Below the pieces are notes generated by a model. The model worked only from the letters and a program-made list of their open reading frames with translations. It made no database searches and was not told the DNA's origin. A DNA stretch of 64,000 bases from assembly GCA_039621445.1 (NCBI GenBank), contig CP154954.1, positions 25,618,954 to 25,682,953 on the forward strand, written 5' to 3'. This DNA comes from Euglena gracilis. Lineage: Eukaryota. The translations under genes were made by a program, and so were the position numbers. Positions 34,773 to 48,400 of this stretch are shown piece after piece; position 1 is the first letter of the stretch; every line of letters begins with the position of its first letter.

Positions 34773-37700
34773 TCAGCCCAGGAGCGGGTACTGGCTCGGA
34801 GACCGGAACACGGGCCGCCGTGGCGCCGCCTCCTGGGCGTCGTGCTCCGCCGCCTCCGCCATGATCCGGGCCCGGATGGCGAGGCGCTCCATCTTGCGCA
34901 GCTCCTGCTGCTCCCGCCGGTCCTGGTCCCTCTGGAGCCCCCTGTGCCGCAATGACAGACGGCCGATGAGTGCAGTGACGAAATATGTCGACAGGGGTCC
35001 TGGAGGATGACAGCAAGACAATGGAAAACGATGTTCAGTAAGCAGTGCAAAGCAGATAGATACAAAGCAATGCAATCAGGGGCTTTCTTATGGACCCCAG
35101 GGCGTGGGAGGGTCCCGCAGGCCAGCTGAAAAAAGTTGCTGGCTGGACCCCCCCCCCCCAGGGGGGTTGTGGGGTCCAGCCGGCTGGGAGCTGGACCTGG
35201 CGGGTACCCAAAGAAGGCCCCCAAAGCCCGAATTTTTCAAATTTTCAAAATCTGGAGGTGAAGGCCTCAAAACCACCAAAAATGCCATTTTTTTGGCCAT
35301 TTTGACCTCTTTTCCCAAATTTTCAGCGCGAAGCCAATTTTTCCAATTTTTTTATGGTCCAAACTTCGGACCCCCCCCCCGGGGGGATCCGCAGCCCAGC
35401 TGGGAGGTGCAGGCAGGAAAAAAGGTGCTGGCTGGCTGGACCCTCCTGGGGGCAGGGTCCCCTTTGGCTTAAGAAAACCCCTGAATGCAGTATGTCACCA
35501 TATAAGACAATGCACTGCGTTGTGGTGAAATACAATGCAGTACATGCAGACCAATACAATGCAACACACGATGCGATGCGATGCAGTACAATGCAATACA
35601 ATACAAAAATATTTTTAACGGTGCGTATGTACGCCACGCAAGCTCACTGTCCCCCCTTTGTCGTTGACACGCCAAAATACAGCAAAAGTGCGGTTGACAC
35701 GGTGTGGTGTTGTGGACAAATTGTGTCAAGGAAAGGGGGGAGGTTCCCATAGGGGAGGGGATCGACAGGAAACAGCCCAAACAAAAAACTTCTTCTTAAA
35801 ATTGTTCCCGGTCCTTAAGGAAATAAAAAGAAAAAAACTCCGCTATCCCAGCACACTCAATGAAAAATATACAGGAAAATGGGCAAAGATATTTGTCATT
35901 TTTCAAGTTTTCGACGAGAACAGGTCGACATCAGGAAAAATATTGATTCCTGGCATCCTTGGACCATCACCCATGCACCCAAATAATCAAAAATGTGTTT
36001 TTCGACTCTTTAATTTTTGACCCCGTTCAAGTCCCAGTCCAGCCTTTGGTCGGCCCTTTGGTCGGAAGGGGGAGCGGTCCTTAAAGAAATAAAACAAAAA
36101 CTGCCTGTCCCTTGAGGACCGCCCTGTTCCTCGTTCAAATCCCCAATTTTGGAGAGCTTGAAAACTTTGCAAACGAACCGAAACATTAACTCACTGGAAC
36201 ACAATTTGAAAGACCTGGCATTTTTGTCGGTCCGAAATTGTGCAAACCAATATGACCCATGCCCAACCTCCGCTCAACTTGGTATCATTTGCCCACGGAT
36301 GGCACACCTGACGTTTGGCCCCACGTCCTTCCACACGCCCAGCTGGAGCAGGTGGGGGCTCTCCTGCAAGTACTGGTCCTTGATGGGCTTCAGCACCCGG
36401 GAGCGGATGGTGGTGCCGGGGGGCTTCGGGCGCTTCTTGCTCTTCCGGTCAGGCTTTTGCTTAAGGACCCCCGGGGGGGGGGGGGTACTGGCTAGCCAAT
36501 CGGCTAGACACTGGAAAAAGTGGACTAGCTAGACCCCCCCCCCTGCCCCCGAGGGGGGGCGGGCCGTGGTCCGGGGGTCCCCCGGACTGGGAAAAAAATT
36601 TTCCTCCGGCGCTGCGCGCCGGAGGAAAAATGAGGTTTTTAATAGGTTTTTGGCTGATTTTGTTCCAAAAATTTCCAAAAATGGCCAAAAACGGGCATTT
36701 TTGGCCATTTTTGGGGGTCCCAAAAAAAATTTTCGGCGCTTCGCGCCGGTCACTGGAAAAAATTTTTCCACTAGCTAGCCCTGCTAGCAGACCCCCCCCC
36801 CGGGGGGGGGGGTCTGCTAGAAAACCCACTAGCCAAATTTGGACTAGCTGCAGTCCAGCCCCCCCCCCCCGGGGGGGGGACTGCAATCCCTTAAGCAAAT
36901 GCCTGCTTCCGGTACCTGTAGACGCCTGCGGGGGCCGTGGCGGCGTCGTGTATGCGGAAGGGCTGCAACCATGCGAGGACCGCGAAAAGAGCCAGCTGAC
37001 GACGCTACTCATCAGCTTCACAAAGAGAGTGACAATGCTTCGAACAACACGGTGGCGGAATATGTCTGCGCTTAAAAATTAGAACCCCAAGTCAAGACAC
37101 GCTGTTGTGGCATCCATGACAATCCAGTCAAGACGCTTTCCAACGTCATGGACCTCTCTGTGTCCTGTAGAAATTGCACTCCCAGCATTGAGGAATCACA
37201 AGCCCACAGAAGCGTTGGGTGAGTGCGTACTCTCGGGGATGTCGGGTAGCCCCTGCAGGCGACGGAGGCGGGCTTCGAGGTTGGGCTTCACCACGTAGTC
37301 CACGTTGTGCGCCTTCTTGTCCTCCATCTTAGCCACCGCCGTCATGTGGACGATGTCCCCGATGGCCTGAGAGGTCGAGGCTGGTTCGTGGTCAGCAGAT
37401 AACACAACGTCCCACGCCATCTGCACCAACTGGCCAAAATTCATTTCATTTCACGAAGAATTCAAAGACAGGGGTGCCTTGCACATTTCCTTTCGCCTGC
37501 AAAGAACAATAGTGGAGGGATCATTCACCTTGTCACCTGGTGCCGAGTCGGGACAAACAAGCTGGAGTATTGCCTCCAAAAAAGGGTGGAAGGTGCACCA
37601 GCGACTCTGTTTCGTTGTGGGCGCGGATGCGGTTGCTCTTCAGGAACGTGCGGCCGTACTTGGGCCAGTACACAGGACTGTCGCAGGCCACCCAGACTGT

Positions 37701-40700
37701 CTTTGGCGTGATGCGCGAGATCTTGCATACCGTCCCTGCGCACCGACAGAGAACGTGGTATGGACCAGGATTCGACATAAAGACAGGTGGGGGTTGAACC
37801 CCCTTCACACCCCACCACCTCCAGCTAAATGCCGTACAACCTCCTTGCATCGAAACCTGGTGTGGACCGCCTGCCAAGGCCCAACATGTTCCCTCTCAGC
37901 CAGGTGGAATTCCACCAATCTGGGGGCAGTAGAGAGCCCTGGGATGTGGCAGGCACCCCCTCCCAGGGGGGTCTTGCCTGGTCGTGCAGAGAAATCGCAA
38001 AAAAGAGCCCGTTTTTCGGCACCGGAGTGCTTGGTCTGAAGACAAGTTGGGCCATGTCCCTGGTAAAGATCTGCCCCCCCCACCCCCGGGTGGGTCGGGT
38101 GCCTTAAAATTCAGCCTGCTCTCGGTGGTTGTCGTCTGAAGGCCTGAAGGGGCGTGTCCCATAGAAGAAGAGGGGGTGAGGGGAGGACGACACCGATCTT
38201 CTCGAAGCCGCTGCTGCCCTTCGGCAGCACCAGGCTGAACTCCTTCTTCGCCTGAAACTCCTGGATGCCGCCCCTGAGCGGACGGGTGCCCCCTGCCCCA
38301 GGAAGCTGTGACCCGACAGGCCGCTCAATTCACTGGGTACCTGACATTTCCCAGGTGTGGCATTTGAGGTGGGGATCAGGGGTATTTTGAGACTGGGGGA
38401 CCCACTCACTCTCCCCAAAAATGGCCAAAAATCGCGAAAATGCCAAAAATGGCACCTTTTTCAAAAAAAAATTGGCGCCGAAAAGTATATCCCCCCCTGT
38501 GGGGAACGGGGGGGGGGGTCGGCCGGACCCACCCGGTGGGGATGTAGACCCAGGTCGAACAGGATGATGGGTTGGTGCGTCACGGTATGGGTGATTCTGA
38601 CAGACCCAATCCATCAAAAAGGTAAATGTTGCTGATTTGGTCGGCAGTATTTCGAATGTCGGGTGAAACGTTCTGGAAATAAGGATGTGTACCTTCCTTT
38701 CTATTATGTAAATGTTGTGATCTTATCTTTTTACAGTCCCAAATGTGGCTCCCTTCCAGGCAATTACCTTTGGTGTTACCAGGGGAAGGGGGGTCATTTT
38801 GCACTTTTAAAATCTAATCCATGAGAAGCCAGGTGGCCACTTCTATTTTTTTGTCCACGACGACTTTGGGGAATGGAAAACCTTCACCCAGAAAAAATCA
38901 AAGTAAATTCCACCAGCGCTTTGCACCAGGGACACATGTGGAAAAATCCCACCTAAACTGAACCTCAAATTTCATTTCGATCCTCACAGACTGGTTTTTT
39001 ACAACCCAGGGGGGGGGCTTGCGTATGGGGTGCTGACAATAGCATACCCCCTGGGGGGGGGGTTGGGCCCGGCCCCGGCCGATCCAGGCAACTTGAAAAT
39101 GGCCCTATTCGAGTCCCAAGGCTCCGTGGGGGGGGGGGTGCATTTTCACAACTCCTGCAAAATCTAAACAACTGAAAAATCCTTTTTTGCTTTCACCTCT
39201 TCCACCAGGAGATGTGGACCAATGAAAAAATCCATGGTGCACCAGTTTGGGAGGTTGAGAGATGCAGATTGATAGCAGGTGCTTTCAGAGTGTCAACGTG
39301 ACCGAGTGGTGTGTGCACCGGTTCAGGGCTCACAACCAGACAGCTGGGAAGGGCTCTGAGAGCCAGGGTTAGAAGACATGCAGAGGGACCTTTTTCAGAT
39401 AAAAATTAGGGGGTGCATCGACATTTCATGGATATTACAACAGTTGAAACATTTGTGCAGTTGCGCAAAGGAGTTGCCAAGTCCAGCACGCTGCTTCTGC
39501 TTAAGGGTTCACATTACCCCCCCCCCGGAGGGGGCTGGGCTGCAGCTGGTCTGGCCGGGGGGGGGGGTCTGCTAGCAGGGCTAGCTAGTGGAATTTTTTT
39601 CCAGTGACCGTCGTGACACGTCGAATTTTTTTGAACCCCAAAACTGGCCAAAAAAACCATTTTTGGCCTTCTGGTTTTTTTGAAGAAAATCAGCCTTAAA
39701 AACCCCATCAAAAATCTCACTTCCGTTTTTTTCCATGATTTTTTCCCAGTCAGCGGGACCCCGGACCCCCCCTCTCCGGGAAGATGGGGTCCAGCTAGTC
39801 CATTTTTTCCAGTGTCTATCAAAATGCTAGCCAATGGACCATCCCGGGGGTGTCCAATTTTAACCCCCAAAAATGTGTGTTGAGATTGAGCAATGCCCCC
39901 CCCCCCCATTCTCACTGTCCGTTTTGTCAGCAGGATCTGCTGCGGAGACTATGATGGGGATGATGGCGTTCAGGCAAACTCGGTGAGCAATAATTAAAAA
40001 AAACCATCCCCCTTGCTTGAACCGAAGTATGGAATAATACATTAAGTGAAGACTTTTTTTTAGTATCCCGCAAACCATGAAAAATGAAGAACGGAATTTA
40101 TTTTGAATCTGATTTACGCAATTACGCAAGTGATTGAAATTTTAACTTGTTTGCACAAATGCGCAAAGATATTTTTAGCTTTTGTTTCTGCGATTGTGCA
40201 ATTGATTCAGTTCATTTATCCTCATCAACACATTTTACTGAAGCAATATTTCTCCTGTCAGGTACATGCATGATCAGCTGCCAATTATCACATTCTCCCT
40301 GTCAGCCTTTTTAACTCCAGTCCTCTCCAGCAGAAAAGTGTACATTTCTGATATCATTTTTCCCGCAAAGTTTCCGCAATTACCCCGCAATTTTTCAAGG
40401 CCTCTGATACAGGGGATTTCTTAAGGACCCCTCCCGGGGGGTCCAGCCTCCGGCTGGCTGCTGCCTGGAAATGAGCTGCTGGCTACCCCCCCCCCCCCAG
40501 GGGGATAGGGGGGAGGGGGGAGGGTCCAGGAATGGAGGGGGCTGGGCTGGGCTGGGTCGATGAAAAACAAATTTTATAAAACATTTTTGCCTTCTCGACA
40601 TTTTGATGGAAGGAGATAGATCAAGGCTGGGGGGCTGTGATGTAGAAAGCTGTGATGAGAAAAAAATGCAGGGATAGGTGACCTGGGCAGTCCAGTTGGC

Positions 40701-43700
40701 TGGCCAGCCTGCAGCCGGCTGGCCTGGCCTCTGGCCGGGCTGCGGGTTGGACCCAACTTTATTTCACTCGACCCCGGGGGGGGCTCCCAGCCCAGATTTG
40801 GGCTGCTGGCTGGATTTGAACTGCTGACTGGCTGGACCCCCCCCCCGGGGGATGAGGTCCCCTCTGGCTTAAGAAATCCCTTGTTCTGATATCAAATTTC
40901 CCCCCTGTTTTAAATCCTGTTGCGCATGCTCCATCCAGTTGTGAAACTGGAGTGACATTTCGAAATCTCACAGCTGAACAAAAAATAGCCATCACATCCC
41001 TTTCGTCGGATTCCAGTTTGCGCCGTACGGGAACACCGGGTGCAAACACAAGTGAATGAAGGGCAAACATCCGAAACACACTCTGAAAAGGGGCTGAACA
41101 GAGGCATTTTTAACCAATTCAAAAAGGCTTAGATCCTCAGCCATTGGAGTGAATCAGTTGGGTCTGTTGTAAAACACTAGAATACAATATACTCTGTTGC
41201 AAATTTGCCAATAGGCGACGAAAGGGTGGCAGAACTCCGAACACCCCCGAACCCGCCATTTCGGTCCTGAAAAGACTGGCCATTGTGGCAGCAGTTGTTA
41301 CCAGGTGCATACTCTTCGGAGGTGTGAACTTGTCGATCAGCTCCCAGGTGGCAGATTGCGCAAGACCACACAGTTGACAGGGTGAACCTTTGGAACTATC
41401 CAATGATGTTTTTGTGATTTGAACTGGAACGTTTGAATTCGATAGTTATGGGCTATTTTTGGGGGGAGTTTTGAGACGTTTTTTCATTCAAAAAACAAGG
41501 CTCAAAAACAGCTTCAAAAGGCCATAAAATCGGAATCGCCTTAGATTGCGCAATTGCGCAAGGCGAGTCCAGTTTTATGAGCTAAGTGCGAAGTAGCCCA
41601 GTTGGTGAGTTGGTGGCAGGCAGGATGGGAGAGTTACGGGGTTTTCGCCGGTTTGAAACGGTCCGAGTGCCCCTCAGAGTCGGTCCGTGCCACCCACCCA
41701 CCCACCCACCACCAATTTTGAGATCCTGTTCAGAGTGAAAATGAAAGCACTTATATTTATTGTATTGCATATGCTTAATCATGATGTAACAAATCGAAAT
41801 GCACAAACAATCGTGGCCATCACAGATCACGTCAGGCAACAATCCAGAATGACAGCATACACCAAGGTCTTGCTGATTGTGCCCTTCTTGCCTTTCAGTA
41901 GGCGGCTGAGGGGCATGTGCCGCGCCTGGCGCGACATTGCAAAACGGCCCTGCGGCGGACGGGCCACGGTGGGATTAGGATCAAGCTGAACGGTCCCCAA
42001 CTCCTTTGTCATCGTTGTTGTGATTGGCTGTTTGGCCAAGGGTCCTGACCTCCTTCCTCCTACGGGGCTGTTGATTACCCCCCCCCCAAAAGCGGAATAC
42101 CCAGACTGTGCAAAAACGTGCCCTCTCAATGCAGCTCATTGCGAATATTTGCATCAGTGCCTTTGCAAAAAAGAATTCAGGGTGCCTTCAAAAAAAAACA
42201 GTGAAGAAAATTGTACAAAATGGTTTAGTCGCTCGGTCACTCAGTTTAAGATAAAGATTGCAAAAATAGAAAATAGAAAGTAGAAAATAGAAAACAGCAG
42301 CAGAAAGGAAGGAGAAAATATATCCCAGAGAAGAAGGCATCTTCTCCAAAAAATCTTCCAAAGGCATCTTCCAAAAAATAGAAGCATCATCAACACTGAT
42401 CTGTTTCTAGACCTTCTCCCCGACCAAGGGTATTAAATGAGCAGGGGAAGGGGGCGGCCCGAAGGGGGGGGGGGGTCGCGACCCCCCCTCCCCCCTGTAC
42501 AAAACCAGCACTCACGTAACACCCCGTCCCACTTCAAACCGGCAAAAAGTGGCACGCCTCACCCCCGCCCACCCTGGCCTCTCTCGTCACCGTGCGCCAC
42601 CCACTTCCTTCTGTTTTGGGCACTTAAAGCAACCCAAAATGAACCCTACCTGGGTGGGAGAGTCTAAAGACAAATACAAAAATGCCCACTAGGAAAGTTT
42701 GCATGCATGATGCATGAATGCATCACATATGTATTATATTTATATGTGTTGCATGCACATGCATGTACATACATACGCTTGCATGTGTATGCACACGTGC
42801 ATATGCATACATGCATACATACATACATACATACATACATACATACATACATACATACATACATACATACATACATACATACATACATACATACATACAT
42901 ACATACATACATACATACATACATACGTACGTACGTACGTACGTACGTACGTACGTACGTACGTACATACATACACACATACCTCCCCCCCTTCCCAGGC
43001 GCTTTGCCCGGGCCATTATTGAAGGTAAGGCCAGGGGGCCAACCTTAGGGGGCCAAGTTTGCACGTAAGGAGGGGGGGCCGAGCGCCCGGGTGGGGGCAA
43101 GTGCCAAAGGGCGGTATGTATGTATGTACGCATGCATGCATGCATACCTGCATCTATTTATGCAACAACATAATTGATGAATTTTTTCAGGTATTATATA
43201 TAAATATCTGTGATTAATGCATCGACATGACAAGCACAAAACAAAGCATTGTATTTGAAGTACAAAAATACACAAAGACGCAGGTTGGGGAGAAGGTAAA
43301 GAGGCCAGCAAACCAAAGACAGATCAAATTTCAAATGGAACATGGAGAAAACACAAGCTGAGGAAGGAAATACCGGACAAAAAATCCGTACAATATAGCA
43401 TAGCCTGACCCCCGTAGAACTTTTCTTTTTTAAAAAGAATGGTTCTGACTCTGAGCACAGCTCAAATGGCAGAATGTCAAAAATCTCGGTTTCATGTTGC
43501 AAAACCCCTACGAGTTCTTCGGATGGTGGGCCATCGCCCCGGTTGTGGGATTGGGTGCACGGTTGCGGTTACAGCTAAAAATAACAAATAAAAGGTAAAT
43601 TTTATGAATCAAATAATAATACACCGAGAAATAAATCAGTGCAAAAAAAATGGACCAAAACCATCTCTTCTCAGTGCCGGGGTGAGCCAGCACAGTTTGG

Positions 43701-45963
43701 TGGCCCATTCCGCTGTTCTTTTGTCTTCAGACAGTGAAAAAAGCCCAGAAGAAGAAGACAAGGGGGGAGATGAAACAAGATGGAGAAATACCCCTGTCCA
43801 ACGACCACTGATATTCTCCTTCACCAGGGGGCAGTCGTTAAAAAAGGCCACACTGCCAAAATTCAGCTAAAATTTGACAAAAGCCCCAAAAAGTTGCCGA
43901 AAGTGGACAAAACTGGCAAAGAAAAAAAGTGGCAAAACGAATGAGCCGAAAAGGGCCCAAACCAGCACAAATGACCCGTTTTTGCCCACCTGGGTGGTCC
44001 ATTCCCCTCCTCTACCCCCCCCCTTGGCCAGACGTTTGGCCATTTGTCGTGATCTTGCAATGTCCAGCCGCCACAATTTTACTCATTGAGGGTATCGTAC
44101 CCGCGTTTTGGGGACTGTCGTTTTTTTTTGTCATCATTTTTGGGCATTTTCAGCCAATTTACTGTGGATTCAAAAAATAATAACTTCCATAATTCTCACA
44201 ATTAGTATTCACACTTATCTCATGCGACCATGCGCATCTGACCGGGGGGGGGGGGCGTTGGATTGGGGGGGTGGGGGGTAGAGAAAGGGAAACTCTGGGA
44301 GTCGGAGATGACGACTTGCATACTTTCTTGGCATTTGGCATCTGTTTAAACTGCCTGGGAAAAGAAATAACACGCGGGTCCCTTTCTCCCGGCTGCGGAG
44401 TGGGTGGTTCCAACTGCCCCGTCTTCATCCGTGGGACGTGGTGGACCGCGAGCTGGGCAGTGCCAGCCGTGGTCGCCCTCGTTGCATGAAACGACGTCAG
44501 GAGGAGAGGCACACTAAACAGGAGCGGCCAGAAAGTTGAGTCCCAAAGACAATGCACGATACATCTCGTGGGGGGGGGGGGCGGCGGGTAAAAAACACCA
44601 AAAAAAAGCACGTTGTAACATTCAGCCCCTTCCTGCGCAAAGATGGTATACAGAGTCAAAGGGTGAGAAAAAGCGCAGTGGTGTGCGCGCACTTGTATGT
44701 TGTGGTCGGGTTGGTGCGTAGGTGGGTGAGGGGCACATTTGTCCATGTGCGTCGGTACAGCAAGCTCTGTCAAGGAACACCAGTGGGACCCCAGTCCCAC
44801 TGCACCCCGATAGTCCATCCGGCCACTCCACCCAAATACATCCAGATATGTATGTCGCGTATATGTATTCCACTTCCAAGAAGGAGTGGAAAACTTGAGG
44901 TAATGATGCTGGTGGGCTCTTGGGGTTGGTTCTTTGCCGTAAGGAGGGGGAAGAAAATCAGGCCCTCTGTCGATCTGCGGCAAACCCCCTCATCAAGGGC
45001 AAGGGCTGGTCAACGGCTGTCGGTCACAGGCAAGAAATTTTATGATCAGCTATTGGTCCATTAACCTTTCAAGGAAAAAAATACATGAAAAAAGAACTTG
45101 TTGTGCAAAAGACCGCAAAATTCTCGTTCAATTATTTGAAAAAAAAACCTCAAAAAAACCCGCCAAAATCTGGGTTTTTCCCTTATCACCTGGAAATATC
45201 CACAAAAAAGAACAAAGGAGGTATTTCATCGAATCAAATGCACTGATTTAGTCTGCACCAATGTTATCCATATCAAAAAATCTCCCCTCCCACCGTAGGG
45301 CATGAGCGCGACTGGCTTGAGTCCTCAGGCAGGTTGCAGCAAAGGATGGGAAGTTGGGGTGGGTCAACGCGGGGGTGGACCATACACCTCTCCTCCTTCG
45401 GTTGGCCCATGCCCAGGGTGGCGTGCCCTTCCCACCAGGCTTCTTTTAAGACCCCCCAGGGGGATTCCTTGCCACCCAGCCTGACGCAGGACCCCCCCCC
45501 CTCCGGGAAGATCGGGCCATCTGAGGATATTTCCCCACAAAATTTTCAGCAGTTTGCGCCATATCCGTGACTCCAGCCCGCAAACAGAGTAATTGCTGGC
45601 GGAGAGGGGCTAAATCAAAGGGAGGTGAAAAGAGGCAAACCGCAGGAAGAAGCAAGCGCGAGAGTACAGAGGTTCCCACAGCTGGTGGGCGGCAAAAATG
45701 GCGCATTGGGGGTCCGGGGAGGGCGTTCCTCCCACAGAGCAAAACACAAGCGTCGGCCACACTTCTCAATTCGTCAATTCTCAATGCGCCCTCGCTGAGC
45801 AGGATGCAGGCATCGCCACCCAGAGTGAGGGTGAGGCAGGCAGATGGACAAGAGGTCAAGCCCAGCGTGGGGGATTTGCCGCCGCAGCCGCCAGCCACCA
45901 GCGTGGGAAGAACGGGGATTGGGGTTGGGGGAAGAACGGGGGTTGGGCGCACGTGGACGACAT
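34773..45963 (-). CDS. Large multi-exon gene (about 14 exons), hypothetical protein ending ...QRDQDRREQQELRKMERLAIRARIMAEAAEHDAQEAAPRRPVFRSPSQYPLLG*
   Basis: 3' exons join in frame: about 38275-38194, 37735-37599, 37429-37232, 36995-36909, 36444-36314 (or 36308), 34950 (or 34941)-34773. ATG at 45963 follows a pyrimidine-tract AG. Intervening exon-like blocks at about 45760, 44790, 44460, 43530, 41920, 41020 and 39950 have ambiguous frames. Confidence 0.65.
35077..35483. mobile_element. hAT-type MITE, family A-related, intronic
   Basis: TIR caggggctttctta / taagaaaacccctg; TSD aatgcaat vs aatgcagt (7/8). Confidence 0.88.
36450..36905. mobile_element. hAT-type MITE, family E, inserted in coding sequence and constituting intron 36445-36908
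   Basis: TIR CAGGCTTTTGCTTAAGG / CCTTAAGCAAATGCCTG (16/17); perfect TSD cttccggt at 36442-36449 and 36906-36913; flanks read ...GVYRYR|KSKKRPK... on the minus strand. Confidence 0.93.
39490..39850. mobile_element. Degenerate family E MITE copy, intronic
   Basis: gcttaaggg...ctgctagcagggctagctagtgg...ctagtccattttttccagtgtcta matches 36450-36905 in reverse. Confidence 0.75.
40410..40883. mobile_element. hAT-type MITE, family A (reverse orientation relative to 1833)
   Basis: TIR caggggatttcttaag / cttaagaaatcccttg; TSD ctctgata vs ttctgata (7/8). Confidence 0.9.
42806..42975. repeat. Compound (CATA)n(CGTA)n microsatellite
   Basis: Seen directly. Confidence 0.97.
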
Positions 45964-45986
45964 GCAGCGGCAGAATGTTGGTGGGG

Positions 45987-46018
45987 CTGGAGGGGAGGCA
46001 GGAGAGGGAGGAGGGAAA
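45987..46018 (-). promoter_or_regulatory. Probable spliced-leader trans-splice acceptor (pyrimidine tract + CAG)
   Basis: tttccctcctccctctcctgcctcccctccag, 23 nt upstream of ATG 45963; SL trans-splicing is established for Euglenozoa. Confidence 0.6.
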
Positions 46019-48400
46019 TGATGTGGGATGAGGACAGCCTCGCTGGCACTATCCCATGCCACCGGGAACTGAAGGTACTCAAAAATAGACACAAGGAACA
46101 GCAGTATGAACGACACACCTTGTCGAAACAACAGGGTGCAAATGAAAAATGCCATGTGGCACCCCGGAAACGTATGTTTGACATGGGGAGGGGGTCGGTG
46201 TTAATTCAACGGTACCGGACAATTTCAAAATATAGGCTCCCACTCAAGCCTAGCTTGCAGGTTGTTTTCAATCTGTGAATCGTTTTCAAAAAAAGGTCTT
46301 GAATGAGCCAACCGTGCGAACGTTTATATCTGTATATCTATCCCCAGACAAAATTTCCATTTAACCACGCATCTCCGGCACAAAGGGACAACAATACAAT
46401 CAAAAAGCATTGATGCCTGGAACTAGAAACAGCAACTGCGGGAAGAGCAAAGGGGAATAATCTGGCAACAAAAGTTGCGATTACGATCTAAGTGCATCAT
46501 TTTGTGCGGAATGACGCTTTTCGAGCTGGATACAAAATTTCCAACCGCTTGAAACTGCGATTCTCCTCAGAGAGTGTTGGGAATTGTGCATTTGAACGTT
46601 TATTTGGTTAGACTAGAGTCTTGAACTTTGCTCCAAAGAGCCAACAACCCAGAAGAGGTTAAACTTCGCTCAACGTCATGGTGCCAATGCTTAATGCATT
46701 ACGGTATGAGGGCAACTCTTTCGACACAGATAATTTGCTGGAGATTGCTTAAAATTCTTCTGAAACATTTGGCAAAACATTCTCAAAAACTTGGACTCTA
46801 CCAGACAATGTTTCAAGTGCCGTAGAAATTGCAAGTCACATGTATTGTGTGGAATTTGTTGTGAGGTAGCACCTGGTTTGTTCCAGGTACGACAGACTGT
46901 CACGAATTTTGCCGTTTTGTTACTCACTGCTGCAGGAAAATTGCTCAACAACAAAATTTTGATGCAACGCATGTGCTATTTACCGGTTCCTCTGTCCTCA
47001 TGAGGCTACTGCAGAATTTTTGCATTTGCTATAAAAAAAATAATCCCAGAGTCTTTTTATATTTGGGTAAGTATGTGGTTCAAGGGCTTATTAAAGAGGC
47101 TGCCCCCTCCCATCACATTTGTGTCTTTCTTGGTGCTATTTGTGCTAATTACTGTCCCTGGCAAGATCCTGGCGATGAATGGATTTCGGAGAAAAGACAC
47201 TGTGTGCGTCCATTGGCAAACCAGTCAAATACCCCTGGTCCAATGAACCACAAAATTGCCTCTACCAGCACACACAGATGTATGCCACATATGTCTCATG
47301 CGTTAAATCCTGTCGAAGGTAGTCCACCAGAATTTCCCCAGCCAAATTGGACTAGCTGCAGTCCAGCCACCTTCCCCAGGAGGGTTATGCGAACCCTTAA
47401 GCAAGCCTGCCCAAGACAGAAAAAAAAACCACTTTGAAATGACCAAACGAGGTTGCCAAAAATGGACCAGTCCGACAAGCTGCTTGAGGTTGCCCAGATC
47501 CATGCATCCAGGCCAACTCACAGGCGGAAACTGGAAGCAGGCTGCACTCTTTCCTAACCAGGAGAGGGAACGTGAAAGGAGGTTGTTACCCTGGGTCCCA
47601 AATGTATGTGAATCTTACGTCGGCGCTTTTGGTTTTCATCATATTCATCTGAAAAAAATCGAATTTTTCCCCTGGAAAAGCAGGCATTCCTATGATCACC
47701 ATTTTCCCACCTTTTTCAGCTTCTTTCTGGTGAACTTGCTCCATATGAGAATGAAGACAAATAACAAAAATATTTTGTTGGTGTGTTGGTTGGGGGGGGG
47801 GCTTTGCTCGCATTTTTCGAGCATCCTGCACGCTGCAGATGGGTTAGTTGCAATGAGTAACGCCATGGATAATGATTCCTGCCGGGCCTGGAGGGGGTTG
47901 TGTTAAAAGTGGGTTTAGGAATTAGGTATGGATTCATTGTTTGAAAAAACATGGTCTATCGTATTGTTTCTGTTTCTTTTTCCTTGAAAAATTTTTTTTT
48001 CTGACTCCTTTTCCACCTCTGATTTTTATACCACCTCTAACAATTTTCCATCATTTCCACAATTCCTATTTTTTTTGATTTTCTCCCTGGACACACAAAT
48101 TTGCAAAACCCTTTTCAAAAATCGCACGTGCACGCACATACGCACACACGTGCATACGTGGAAAAACAACAAAAACCATTTTCAACTGTTTCTGACCAAG
48201 AACTGATAACTGCATTGGTGCGGATGTTTAGATCCTCAAGACAGAAAGGGGGGGGAATGGTGGAAAGGCTTCACCGGTCTAGTGGTGTCGTGTCCAGCAA
48301 ACAGGAGGCGGAAAGTGGGCAAAGCGGCGGATTGCGCATGGCCATGGCAGCGGCAGTCGGCCGGGGCTCTTGCTGTCAGCCCCCGTCTTGCAGAGGGGCA

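Noticed and set aside
36461-36894. piggyBac-type element with TTAA target duplication
   Set aside because: The inverted repeat extends 11 bp beyond each TTAA and is flanked by a perfect 8-bp direct repeat, so TTAA is internal to a hAT-type TIR.
45750-45815. MoaE-like identity for ILLSEGALRIDELRSVADA
   Set aside because: Superficial; the following exons show none of the expected MoaE motifs.
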